Positions 1-7,620 of a stretch of DNA of 59,895 nt are shown here, piece after piece. How positions within the stretch are numbered: position 1 is the first letter of the stretch; the number at the start of each line of letters is the position of its first letter. The stretch lies in contig DVIS01000046.1 in the NCBI GenBank assembly GCA_018711135.1, forward strand, positions 1 to 59,895. Direction: 5' to 3'. Origin of the DNA: Candidatus Onthousia faecavium (lineage in GTDB: Bacteria; Bacillota_I; Bacilli_A; RF39; UBA660). The notes under the pieces are model-generated. The model saw nothing but the letters and a program-made list of their open reading frames with translations. It was not told the origin of the DNA and ran no database searches. The translations under genes and the position numbers were made by a program.

Positions 1-129
1 ACAAATTTGTCGAAGATGTTCATCCACTGTTTCATCAAATACTACACGACGGTATTTTGCTGGACATACAATGTGGTAAACAAGATTGCTTACGTTGTGC
101 GACAAATATAGATATTGACTATCTCCCAT
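1..129 (-). CDS. tnpA: IS200/IS605-family HUH (Y1) transposase TnpA, N-terminal part; runs off the window start
   Basis: Manual translation from ATG at 129: MGDSQYLYLSHNVSNLVYHIVCPAKYRRVVFDETVDEHLRQIC, with the typical 'YHIV..KYRR.VF' motif. RBS-like GAGGG upstream. Not in the ORF track. Confidence 0.9.
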   Translation of the reverse strand, partial: MGDSQYLYLSHNVSNLVYHIVCPAKYRRVVFDETVDEHLRQIC

Positions 130-237
130 AATATCGCCCTCACTTCGTATTTATAATACTACGTTCGGCCTTACGTTGCAAGCAACGGGGAATTAAACCC
201 TAGACTAATGACCATGCACCGTATGGTCATTAGTTAT
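1..237 (-). mobile_element. Left end of an IS200/IS605-family element with subterminal hairpins
   Basis: Inverted repeat ACTAATGACCAT/ATGGTCATTAGT at 204-215/223-234 and a second hairpin CGTTGC-AA-GCAACG at 174-187, upstream of tnpA. KilA-N homology ends at about 238. Exact boundary is approximate. Confidence 0.75.
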
Positions 238-440
238 TAAAGTTTGGATTATACATTAATTCCCAAGTTCCTAAAAATTATAGAGTTATTCTATTTCTTA
301 ACCATTTTCTAATAATATCATCTGAAGCAGATTTTCCATCTTTAAAATTTAGCAAAATCAGAAATACAAATATAATCATAAGCATTCATATTTGTTATAT
401 TTACTTTAACATTTTGAACTTCAATTATTTTATTTGAAAT
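238..440 (-). pseudogene. KilA-N domain protein pseudogene (frameshift plus nonsense codon, truncated by the IS)
   Basis: Joined frames read ISNKIIEVQNVKVNITNMNAYDYICISDFAKF/KDGKSASDDIIRKWLRNRITL*FLGTWELMYNPNFN, matching the KilA-N 'DYI..TD.AK...I..WLRNR.T.EFLG.WE..YNPNF' pattern. Confidence 0.75.
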
Positions 441-496
441 ACATTCACCGCTTTCTAGTTGTTCTTAAAGATAGCAATTCTTTTTTATTTATCTAG

Positions 497-688
497 TCAC
501 ACTTTTTCAAATCCCACAATTATAAAATTCTGCAAAGCTTCTAATGCTTTTGGGCTTTTTTCTTCTCTTATCTTCAATTCTTTCTTATATTCATCTACGG
601 TATATTTCTTTAATCTTTTTAAAACGAATTTCCCATTTTCTTCTAAAATCTCAATAATACTCTTTATCAGTACAAATAGGTTTTGCAA
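497..688 (-). CDS. Hypothetical 63-aa ORF or gene fragment
   Basis: ORF track; TTG start, no recognisable motif, protein-like composition. Confidence 0.3.
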   Translation of the reverse strand: MQNLFVLIKSIIEILEENGKFVLKRLKKYTVDEYKKELKIREEKSPKALEALQNFIIVGFEKV

Positions 689-808
689 TTATTATGAATT
701 TTGACTAAAAATTCAGGACTGCTAAAATTAGTTTTATAATGATATCCTGGAATAATTAACATATCAATTAATTTTCTTATTTCCTTAACACTATTTACTT
801 TACTCTAT

Positions 809-1408
809 TTAATGGTGACTTTCTATTTTAGTGTCATATTGTTTAAAATATTTTTTTACTGTTTTATTTACATTAAAATAATAATAATTTGTCATCATAT
901 TATCATTTGGATCTAATTTTGTTGCTTCTAGTTTTCCACCTAAAGCTTTTATAATTTTATTAGAAGCAATATTATCAGTAGTACATTCAAGAAGCACCTT
1001 TTCTTCACAAAGCTTTTGTTCTTCTAATAAACCTAAATATAGTGCTATTTTAGCATAACCTTTATTTCGTTCATTAGGTCTTATTCCATAGCCAATATGA
1101 GACACTCCTTTTTTCAACATTTCATTTGAAATATTATATCTAATGTTTATCATACCAACTATTCTGTTATCATTTTTTCTTACCACAAAAAATGTTTTTG
1201 AAAGACATCTATTTATTTTACTTACATACTCACTATTTTCTCTTTTTTTTTGCTCTAATAACCATTCTTCATAAGATATTCCCTCTAACCACTTATCAAT
1301 ACTACCTATTCCGTTTAAATCTGAACCATATTTAATATTTTCTTCTAAATAATCCAAGGCATCCTGCTTCCTATCTAATGAAGGTATTTCTAAAAAAAAA
1401 TTTTCCAT
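809..1408 (-). CDS. GNAT-family N-acetyltransferase
   Basis: 'IVGMINIRY...SHIGYGIRPNERNKGYAK...N.AS.K.I..LGG' GNAT motifs; AGGAG RBS. Confidence 0.85.
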   Translation of the reverse strand: MENFFLEIPSLDRKQDALDYLEENIKYGSDLNGIGSIDKWLEGISYEEWLLEQKKRENSEYVSKINRCLSKTFFVVRKNDNRIVGMINIRYNISNEMLKKGVSHIGYGIRPNERNKGYAKIALYLGLLEEQKLCEEKVLLECTTDNIASNKIIKALGGKLEATKLDPNDNMMTNYYYFNVNKTVKKYFKQYDTKIESHH

Positions 1409-1470
1409 TATTGTCTCCTATTTTCTAATATATATATATAAGATTATCTAATTGATAATCTCAATATTAA

Positions 1471-2280
1471 TTAAATAAATTTAACTAAATCACTTAACTC
1501 TTTTCTTTTATTATGTAAAGGATTTTCCTTACAATCAGCAGCTTTATAACCAATAAGCAAAAGACAAATCGGTTCTATATTATCTTCTAAATTAAACTCT
1601 TCCTTAAGTTTTTCCTTATCAAACATTTCAATCCAAATATTATCTATACCAATATTAGTAGCTTCAAGCATCATATGAGTAGCAACAATACAAGCATCCA
1701 TTTCATAAGTAGAATAGTCTTCTTTTTTCCATGCGATAGATTTATCACTACATACAATTAAAACAGTTTGCGCATTATATCTACAAGGTGTAACTTTATC
1801 TAGTTTATTTAATGATTCCAAAGTATTAGCGACCAATATTTTCTGTGGTTGTAAATTCTTGGCAGTTGGCGCTAGTCTTGCTGCTTCTAATATTTTATTG
1901 ATTTTTTCTATCTCAACTTTTTTATCACTAAATTTTCTTGTAGCAGTTCTTTGTCTAATAACAGTTTCAAAATCATGGTTTTCTTTAGAAATCTCAGTAT
2001 ATTGCTCTACTTTCATTTTTAAATTATATTTATCTCTTAACTTTGCTATTTGCATCATCATAGGAGATTTATGATGTAAATCTAAAGCAGTAGAACTTTC
2101 CCAACGATCAATTAAAAGAACAGTCTCCAGATCATCATGAGGATAGAAATATTCATATTTTTCATTCCCTTTTTCTTTACGAATTTGTTCCACTATCCCC
2201 TTTTCTATCATTTCTTTAGCAAATTCTTTAGCACTACCATTTTCACCTTTATAATATATATTTATTGTTAAACTCATCAT
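1471..2280 (-). CDS. Fusion of an ABM (putative quinol monooxygenase) domain and a nitroreductase domain
   Basis: N-terminal ~95 aa 'IRKEKGNEKYEYF...VLLIDRWES..ALDLHHKSPMM' is ABM-like; C-terminal 'RTATRKF...ILEAARLAPTAKNLQP...DACIVATHMMLEATNIGIDNIWI' is nitroreductase. Confidence 0.8.
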   Translation of the reverse strand: MMSLTINIYYKGENGSAKEFAKEMIEKGIVEQIRKEKGNEKYEYFYPHDDLETVLLIDRWESSTALDLHHKSPMMMQIAKLRDKYNLKMKVEQYTEISKENHDFETVIRQRTATRKFSDKKVEIEKINKILEAARLAPTAKNLQPQKILVANTLESLNKLDKVTPCRYNAQTVLIVCSDKSIAWKKEDYSTYEMDACIVATHMMLEATNIGIDNIWIEMFDKEKLKEEFNLEDNIEPICLLLIGYKAADCKENPLHNKRKELSDLVKFI

Positions 2281-2294
2281 TATTCTCCTTATCT

Positions 2295-2610
2295 TTATTT
2301 AGTTTCTTCTAAAATCCAAGCCAAGTAATCATGATTACAACTTGTTATATCAGTTATAGTAAATTCAAAGCAATCATAACTATGAATACTTTTAATAACA
2401 TTATATATTTCTTCACATATTTTTTTCTTTGTTTTTAAAAGTAGTAAGTATTCTTTACTGTTTTCTCGTATTTTTTTCCAAGACCAGTAACAATAAATTT
2501 CTATTACTTGACAACTTGCTACTAACTTTTTGATCTAGCAACACAGAAATAGTTTTATCTATTTCCTCTTTATTACCAAAAGCTATGGTTATATTACAGC
2601 ATTGTTCCAT
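2295..2610 (-). pseudogene. cutA: CutA divalent-cation tolerance protein with a single +1 frameshift
   Basis: Removing one base from the T5 run at 2527-2531 gives MEQCCNITIAFGNKEEIDKTISVLLDQKLVASCQVIEIYCYWSWKK...KEYLLLLKTKKK...IKSIHSYDCFEF...NHDYLAWILEETK. The span of 316 nt equals 3n+1. Confidence 0.8.
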
Positions 2611-2713
2611 TTTTAAATCAACTCCTTTTAATTAAACTTTCCTTATCTTTAACTTATCATATATATTTCTAAATTTAAAGTAAAAGTCTCTCTATAATAG
2701 AATATAGAAAGAC

Positions 2714-3160
2714 TTATTTTAAAACTTTACATTTACTATAATTTTTAGGACAATTTCGTTTTTTTATTAGCTCACTCATACAACAAGACAAGATACTCCA
2801 CTCTTCACTAGTTAGTTTTTGATTTTTAGCTTGACTTAAAAACAATAAGGCAGCCTTATTTTCTTCTAAATATTTTTTAAAAGCAATAGCACCACTTGTA
2901 TAATCAGCCATCTCATAAAAGGCCATTTTCTCTTCATCAGGAATTTGTAAACAATCTATAAAAGTTTCTAAAATATTGTTATGACTATTTACTGGAGCAT
3001 TTCGCACTCCTTTCTCAATATCACTAAGATAAGCAGCAGATATCCCAGCAGTAGCTGCTAAATTTCTAAGAGAATAACCCTTATCTAATCTTTGCTGTTT
3101 TAAACATTCACCAAATGTATATTTATTGTAACTACTTTTATCTATTTCATTATAATTCAT
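2714..3160 (-). CDS. XRE-family helix-turn-helix transcriptional regulator
   Basis: 'FGECLKQQRLDKGYSLRNLAATAGISAAYLSDIEKGVRNAP'; the ATG at 3160 has a GGAGG RBS (track start 3190). Confidence 0.85.
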   Translation of the reverse strand: MNYNEIDKSSYNKYTFGECLKQQRLDKGYSLRNLAATAGISAAYLSDIEKGVRNAPVNSHNNILETFIDCLQIPDEEKMAFYEMADYTSGAIAFKKYLEENKAALLFLSQAKNQKLTSEEWSILSCCMSELIKKRNCPKNYSKCKVLK

Positions 3161-3173
3161 AAAGCCTCCAATA

Positions 3174-3680
3174 TTAAGAGATACCCCCAAACCTAGAAAA
3201 TGGTAAAATAATGAATGTTGCTTTGCCTAGAATCTGATCTTTACTAATAAAACCTAACTCTCTACTGTCAAGGGAGTTATCTCTATTATCACCTAAGACT
3301 AAATAACTATCAAAAGGGACCTCTGTCGCTCCTAATTCCTCAATATCAAAATCATCTGTTTCTAAACCAGAAATAGGTTCTTCTATCTTTTCTCCATCAA
3401 CATATAAAGTATTATCAATATATTTAATATTTTCACCAGGTAAACCTATAACTCTTTTAATTAAATATTCATTAGGCATGGAAATAACAACAATATCAAA
3501 TCTTTTAGGATCACTAAAGTAATAAGCAGATTTATTTAAAATCATTATATCTTTAGGATGAAGTGTAGGTTCCATAGATTCACCATTTACTTTAATAGGG
3601 GTTACTATAAATATTTTAATAAATACTATAACTACGATAATAAGAAGATAGGGAACTAAACTTTTTATTCTTTCTTTCAT
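3174..3680 (-). CDS. lepB: Signal peptidase I (S26)
   Basis: 'VNGESMEPTL', 'LIKRVIGLPGE', 'GDNRDNSLDSR' motifs; N-terminal TM segment; follows rplS. Confidence 0.95.
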   Translation of the reverse strand: MKERIKSLVPYLLIIVVIVFIKIFIVTPIKVNGESMEPTLHPKDIMILNKSAYYFSDPKRFDIVVISMPNEYLIKRVIGLPGENIKYIDNTLYVDGEKIEEPISGLETDDFDIEELGATEVPFDSYLVLGDNRDNSLDSRELGFISKDQILGKATFIILPFSRFGGIS

Positions 3681-3716
3681 ATTTTACCCTAAAGGAAAAA
3701 ATAAGACCTTTAAGTC

Positions 3717-4064
3717 TTATTGTTGTCCTCTTTCTTTAATACGATATTGACCTTTGCTATTTCTTAAAACATTTCTTAGTTTAGCACGTCTTACTTTACC
3801 GTGTCTTACCACTGTAATAGCAGCAATTTTTGGAGAATGAAGAGGAAATGTTCTTTCAACTCCAATACCACTTGACATTTTACGAACAGTAAATGTTTCA
3901 CTAACACTACCACCACGGCGAGCGATAACGACACCTTCAAAAGCCTGAATTCTTTCACGTTTACCTTCGATGATTTTAACATCAACACGAACAGTATCAC
4001 CTACTCTAAATTCAGGAACATTCTTATTAATTTGCTTTTCATTAATTTTGTCAATTACGTTCAT
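3717..4064 (-). CDS. rplS: 50S ribosomal protein L19
   Basis: '[11 protein letters not shown]...[38 protein letters not shown]'. Confidence 0.99.
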   Translation of the reverse strand: MNVIDKINEKQINKNVPEFRVGDTVRVDVKIIEGKRERIQAFEGVVIARRGGSVSETFTVRKMSSGIGVERTFPLHSPKIAAITVVRHGKVRRAKLRNVLRNSKGQYRIKERGQQ

Positions 4065-4085
4065 ATAGATCCTCCTTTACTTATA

Positions 4086-4125
4086 ACCAATGTTCATAGT
4101 TCAAAGACAAGCGGAACATTTTTTT
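4086..4125 (-). promoter_or_regulatory. L19 ribosomal protein leader (autoregulatory hairpin)
   Basis: Minus strand AATGTTCCGCTTGTCTTTGAACTATGAACATT directly upstream of the rplS RBS; 7-bp stem with the recalled 'AUGUUCCGCU...AUGAACAU' pattern of Firmicute L19 leaders. Confidence 0.7.
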
Positions 4126-4179
4126 GACGCTTATGATTATAACACACTACATGCATTATTGTAAAGATATTTTACAAAT

Positions 4180-5463
4180 TTAATCCACTTTTACTCTTAC
4201 TAAAGCTTGATTATCAAAGTTCAGAGCTTTTATTACCTCAGTCATAGTTGTAATATTCATACCTTTAATTAACTCCACATAATTAGTAATTACTTGATGA
4301 TAATTAATTAAATCATCAGTAATATTATCAACTAAGGTATCTGCATAATCAGTTTTAATAACCTCACCAGAAATCCAGACTTTTTTTATACGTTCTAAAT
4401 CTGCTTCATCAATTTTTAAATTAGCTAAGTAATCTTCTAATTCTTTTAAGAAAACCTCAGTATTTAAACTGTCGATTTCGGCATAAAAAGTAATGATATT
4501 GCCTAAATTTTGAAAGTAATAACCACTACGGCTAACTAATTTACGAACTCTAGTCATTTCTCTAAATTTAGAACTACTACCAAAGCAAAGAGAGGTTATC
4601 ATATTCAAATATAAGTCTAATAAAACATCACTTTTTATAGGAAAATTCGCTCTTGCCATTTTATATCCTAAAGCTAATTTTTCTACTTTAGCATCAACTT
4701 TTAATTCTTCATATGCTTTTATAACTTTAACATCTTCTCTATAATCTTTTCTTTTAATATTAGTCGCTTTAGGAAACTTATATTTTCCTAATGTTCTAAT
4801 CGTTGTTTTAATTATTAAATCCGGATCAACCGCTCCTCCTACCACTAAAAACATATTATATGGTTTATAAAAAGTATTGTAGCAACTATAAAGATTTTCT
4901 TTAGTTATCGCTTTAATACTATCGACAGTTCCTCCTACAGTCGTGTTATAAGGAAGATTTTTATATAGATTTTTACACAAACATTTAAAAGCTAAATAAT
5001 CTGGATTATTATCATACATTCTTAATTCTTCATCAATTATGCCTTGTTCTTTTTTTATATTTTCTAAAGTAAAATATGGTTCATTAACAAAAGTTAAAAG
5101 ATATTCTAAATTTTCTATAGATTTTTTATTACCTGTAACAACATAACAAGTAGCCTTATAACTAGTATATGCATTTACATAACTACCACTTTTAGCATAA
5201 AACTCAAATGGAGACTCCCCTTCTTTAGTTTCAAACATTTTATGTTCAAGAAAATGAGCAATTCCTTTAGGAAAACTAGTCATTTTATTACTATCTAAAG
5301 GAATAAAGTCATTAGTTAAAGCACCATAATATGTACCATAGGTATAATAAAAATTTTTTTTCTTACTATAAGGAGGATTTGGAATAATAATGATTTCTAA
5401 ACCATTATCAAGCACTTCTCTATATATTGTTTTACCAACATCTTTAAGTATTACTTTCTCCAC
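4180..5463 (-). CDS. M16-family zinc peptidase, catalytic subunit (YmfH-like)
   Basis: Inverted zinc motif 'GIAHFLEHKMF', 'NAYTS', 'EQGII.EE'. Confidence 0.9.
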   Translation of the reverse strand: MEKVILKDVGKTIYREVLDNGLEIIIIPNPPYSKKKNFYYTYGTYYGALTNDFIPLDSNKMTSFPKGIAHFLEHKMFETKEGESPFEFYAKSGSYVNAYTSYKATCYVVTGNKKSIENLEYLLTFVNEPYFTLENIKKEQGIIDEELRMYDNNPDYLAFKCLCKNLYKNLPYNTTVGGTVDSIKAITKENLYSCYNTFYKPYNMFLVVGGAVDPDLIIKTTIRTLGKYKFPKATNIKRKDYREDVKVIKAYEELKVDAKVEKLALGYKMARANFPIKSDVLLDLYLNMITSLCFGSSSKFREMTRVRKLVSRSGYYFQNLGNIITFYAEIDSLNTEVFLKELEDYLANLKIDEADLERIKKVWISGEVIKTDYADTLVDNITDDLINYHQVITNYVELIKGMNITTMTEVIKALNFDNQALVRVKVD

Positions 5464-6721
5464 TATTTTCTCTCCCTTCTAGAATATAAATTGTATTAAT
5501 ACTAGTTTTTCTAGCCACAGCAACAATCTCATCTTTAGTAACTTTTTGCATTTTTTCTCTTTTTGTTTCAATATCATCTACGCCAAGCAATTCAATCATA
5601 TAATAACTTTCAATAATTTGTAGAGCACTTTCAATAATATCATCTAAAGCACTAGTATAATATTCTTTAGCTTTTATAACCATATTATCATCAAACTTAC
5701 CCTTTGCTAAATCTTTAAGTATCATTTTAACAATTTTTACAGCCTCTTTACTTTTACCACTACTAATACCACCTCTAATAATAATGATATTATCTAATTT
5801 ATTAGGAGTACTTGAGATAGTATATGCTAAAGATTTTTTTTCTCTTACCTCGTTAAAGAGTAAAGACTCTGTCCCTCCACCTAAAATAACATTTAGTAAT
5901 GACAAAGGATAATTACGTTCATAATCAGTTAAACCAAGCGTATTTAAAGTAATAATAAGATTATCCTGACTACTCTCTATATTCTCAGTTACTACTTTTA
6001 CTTTAGAATTTTCTTTCCGCGCAACAAGAGTTGGTAAAGCTTTTTTCTTATAGGTATTAATTGGAAAAATCTCTCTTATCAAGTTAGTCATCTCTTCACT
6101 ATCAAAGGAGCCAAGAACAAAAACATCTACATAGTTATGTTTAATAACATTTTGATAGTACTCATAAAGATTTTCTTTTGTTATTTTTTCTAAATCTTCT
6201 AGATATCCTATACCTCTATAACCTGTTACAGATGAAGGAAATGACTCTTCAAGCCCTCTCATTAAAGCATAAGTCATTTTATCTTCAACAAGACGTTTTA
6301 AATCATTTTTATACTCTTCATAGACAATATCAAATTCAAGGTCACCAAAACTATTATGTTCAACTTTAGGATTAAAGATAATAGAGTTTAAAAGTTCTAA
6401 ACTTTTTCTAAAATTACCAGGTTCTGTATATTTATCATGTAATACTCTTAGACTAATACTAGTATCTAAGTAATTACCAATTCTTCTATTTGCCCCTGCT
6501 ATATTAACAGCATATAAATCTTGTTCTTTTTTCGTAAGTTCTACTTTACTGGGATAATCTTTGGTTGCTAACATTAAAATGCGTGCTAAAAAGTTTCTTT
6601 TTGTAATATTTTCTTTAAGCGCTTCTTCTCTAAAGAATATTTTAACAGTAATAGTCTTATATAAATCAGTCTTAATTAGATGTAGATTATAAGACCCTAA
6701 TTCTTTTTTTGTGTATTCCAT
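5444..6721 (-). CDS. M16-family peptidase, non-catalytic partner (YmfF-like)
   Basis: 'LLFNEVREKKSLAYTISS' M16 C-domain, no HXXEH; overlaps its partner gene. Confidence 0.85.
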   Translation of the reverse strand: MEYTKKELGSYNLHLIKTDLYKTITVKIFFREEALKENITKRNFLARILMLATKDYPSKVELTKKEQDLYAVNIAGANRRIGNYLDTSISLRVLHDKYTEPGNFRKSLELLNSIIFNPKVEHNSFGDLEFDIVYEEYKNDLKRLVEDKMTYALMRGLEESFPSSVTGYRGIGYLEDLEKITKENLYEYYQNVIKHNYVDVFVLGSFDSEEMTNLIREIFPINTYKKKALPTLVARKENSKVKVVTENIESSQDNLIITLNTLGLTDYERNYPLSLLNVILGGGTESLLFNEVREKKSLAYTISSTPNKLDNIIIIRGGISSGKSKEAVKIVKMILKDLAKGKFDDNMVIKAKEYYTSALDDIIESALQIIESYYMIELLGVDDIETKREKMQKVTKDEIVAVARKTSINTIYILEGRENSGESNT

Positions 6722-6757
6722 AAAACACCACCTTTATCCTTAGTATATCCCATATTT

Positions 6758-7474
6758 CTAATCTAATTCAATTAATGCATCAAGACTTAATTTAATCATT
6801 TGATTTAAGTTTTGTTCTCTTTCCTCACTAGATAAATAGCTATCAGTAAATTCACTATCAACAACAGTAAGAATAGTTCCAGCTTGTTTATTTAAATGAT
6901 TTGCTAAACAAAAAAGTATAGCCGCTTCCATTTCATAAGCAAGATAATTATCACTAGGATATAGGTTTAAGTAACGAGTTTTATCAACATAAGGATCAAA
7001 AATATCACTTGTAATAATTCTTCCTGTATGAACATGTATTTGATGTTCTAAAGCTTTAGCAACTAGTTTTTCAGTAACAGTATCAGTTGCTTTAAAAAGT
7101 TTATCATCATCATCAAAGAACAGTTTAGGATAACTACTAAGTGTATAAGCATCAGTAGCAATAATTAGATCTTTAACTAAGATATCTTTATTAGCAGCCC
7201 CACTTGTACCTATTCTAATAATAGTATCAACATCATAAAAATGATATAATTCATAAGCATAGATACCAATAGAGGGCCCACCCATACCTGAAGCAAAGAC
7301 TGTTATTTTAGTTCCTTTATAGTACCCAGTATAAGCTAACATACCACGAACAGAGTTAACCTCTTTATAGTCAGCAAGAAAGTTTTCTGCAATATATTTA
7401 GCACGCAAAGGATCTCCTGGCATAAGTACTTTTTTAGCAATATCCTCTTTTTTACTTTCAATATGTGCCGTCAT
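6758..7474 (-). CDS. deoD: Purine-nucleoside phosphorylase (DeoD type)
   Basis: 'MTAHI...VLMPGDPLRAKYIAE...SGMGGPSIGIYAYEL...IIRIGTSG...EMEAA'. Confidence 0.95.
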   Translation of the reverse strand: MTAHIESKKEDIAKKVLMPGDPLRAKYIAENFLADYKEVNSVRGMLAYTGYYKGTKITVFASGMGGPSIGIYAYELYHFYDVDTIIRIGTSGAANKDILVKDLIIATDAYTLSSYPKLFFDDDDKLFKATDTVTEKLVAKALEHQIHVHTGRIITSDIFDPYVDKTRYLNLYPSDNYLAYEMEAAILFCLANHLNKQAGTILTVVDSEFTDSYLSSEEREQNLNQMIKLSLDALIELD

Positions 7475-7591
7475 AAATATTACCTCCTTTTAAAGTTATC
7501 AAACGGTTAAATGTACCACATAGTTAAATTATATCTTAACTATAGCAAAAAAACAATTATCGTTTCCAATTTATTTTAAATTTTGGCCAAG

Positions 7592-7611
7592 AAAAAACGT
7601 CATTATGACGC
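7592..7611 (-). terminator. Probable intrinsic terminator of the 618-aa gene
   Basis: Minus strand GCGTCA-TAA-TGACGT followed by a T run; short stem. Confidence 0.55.
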
Positions 7612-7620
7612 TTAATCGTT

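Noticed and set aside
459-704. 81-aa + strand ORF
   Set aside because: Antisense shadow rich in F/S/L/I, typical of the reverse strand of AT-rich coding DNA; no RBS or motif.
1391-1442. A9 run at the start of the GNAT gene and a short (TA)n run upstream
   Set aside because: Frame intact; A/T runs of this length are common at this base composition, unlike the G9/G10 tracts.
1859-2074. 71-aa + strand ORF (likewise 6178-6369, 12842-13291, 27553-27756, 28467-28697, 51226-51435, 56838-57038, 58519-58728 and the minus-strand 49053-49247)
   Set aside because: All lie antisense within well-supported genes and have shadow-ORF composition.
2714-3160. XRE regulator considered as a prophage/ICE repressor
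   Set aside because: No adjacent ImmA-like peptidase, integrase or divergent early operon.
3174-3680. Signal peptidase considered as the SipW partner of the TasA-like proteins
   Set aside because: It has the Ser/Lys 'IKRVIGLPG' P-type signature and the conserved rplS-lepB position, so it is the housekeeping enzyme.
3806-4000. 64-aa minus-strand ORF (likewise 16162-16377 and 59361-59573)
   Set aside because: Alternative-frame ORFs nested in rplS, the ynbB-like gene and the tnpB relic; no independent evidence.
7515-7550. Inverted repeat ATAGTTAA/TTAACTAT over the deoD promoter, considered as a purine riboswitch or operator
   Set aside because: No purine-riboswitch core motifs; an 8-bp AT-rich repeat is too weak to call.
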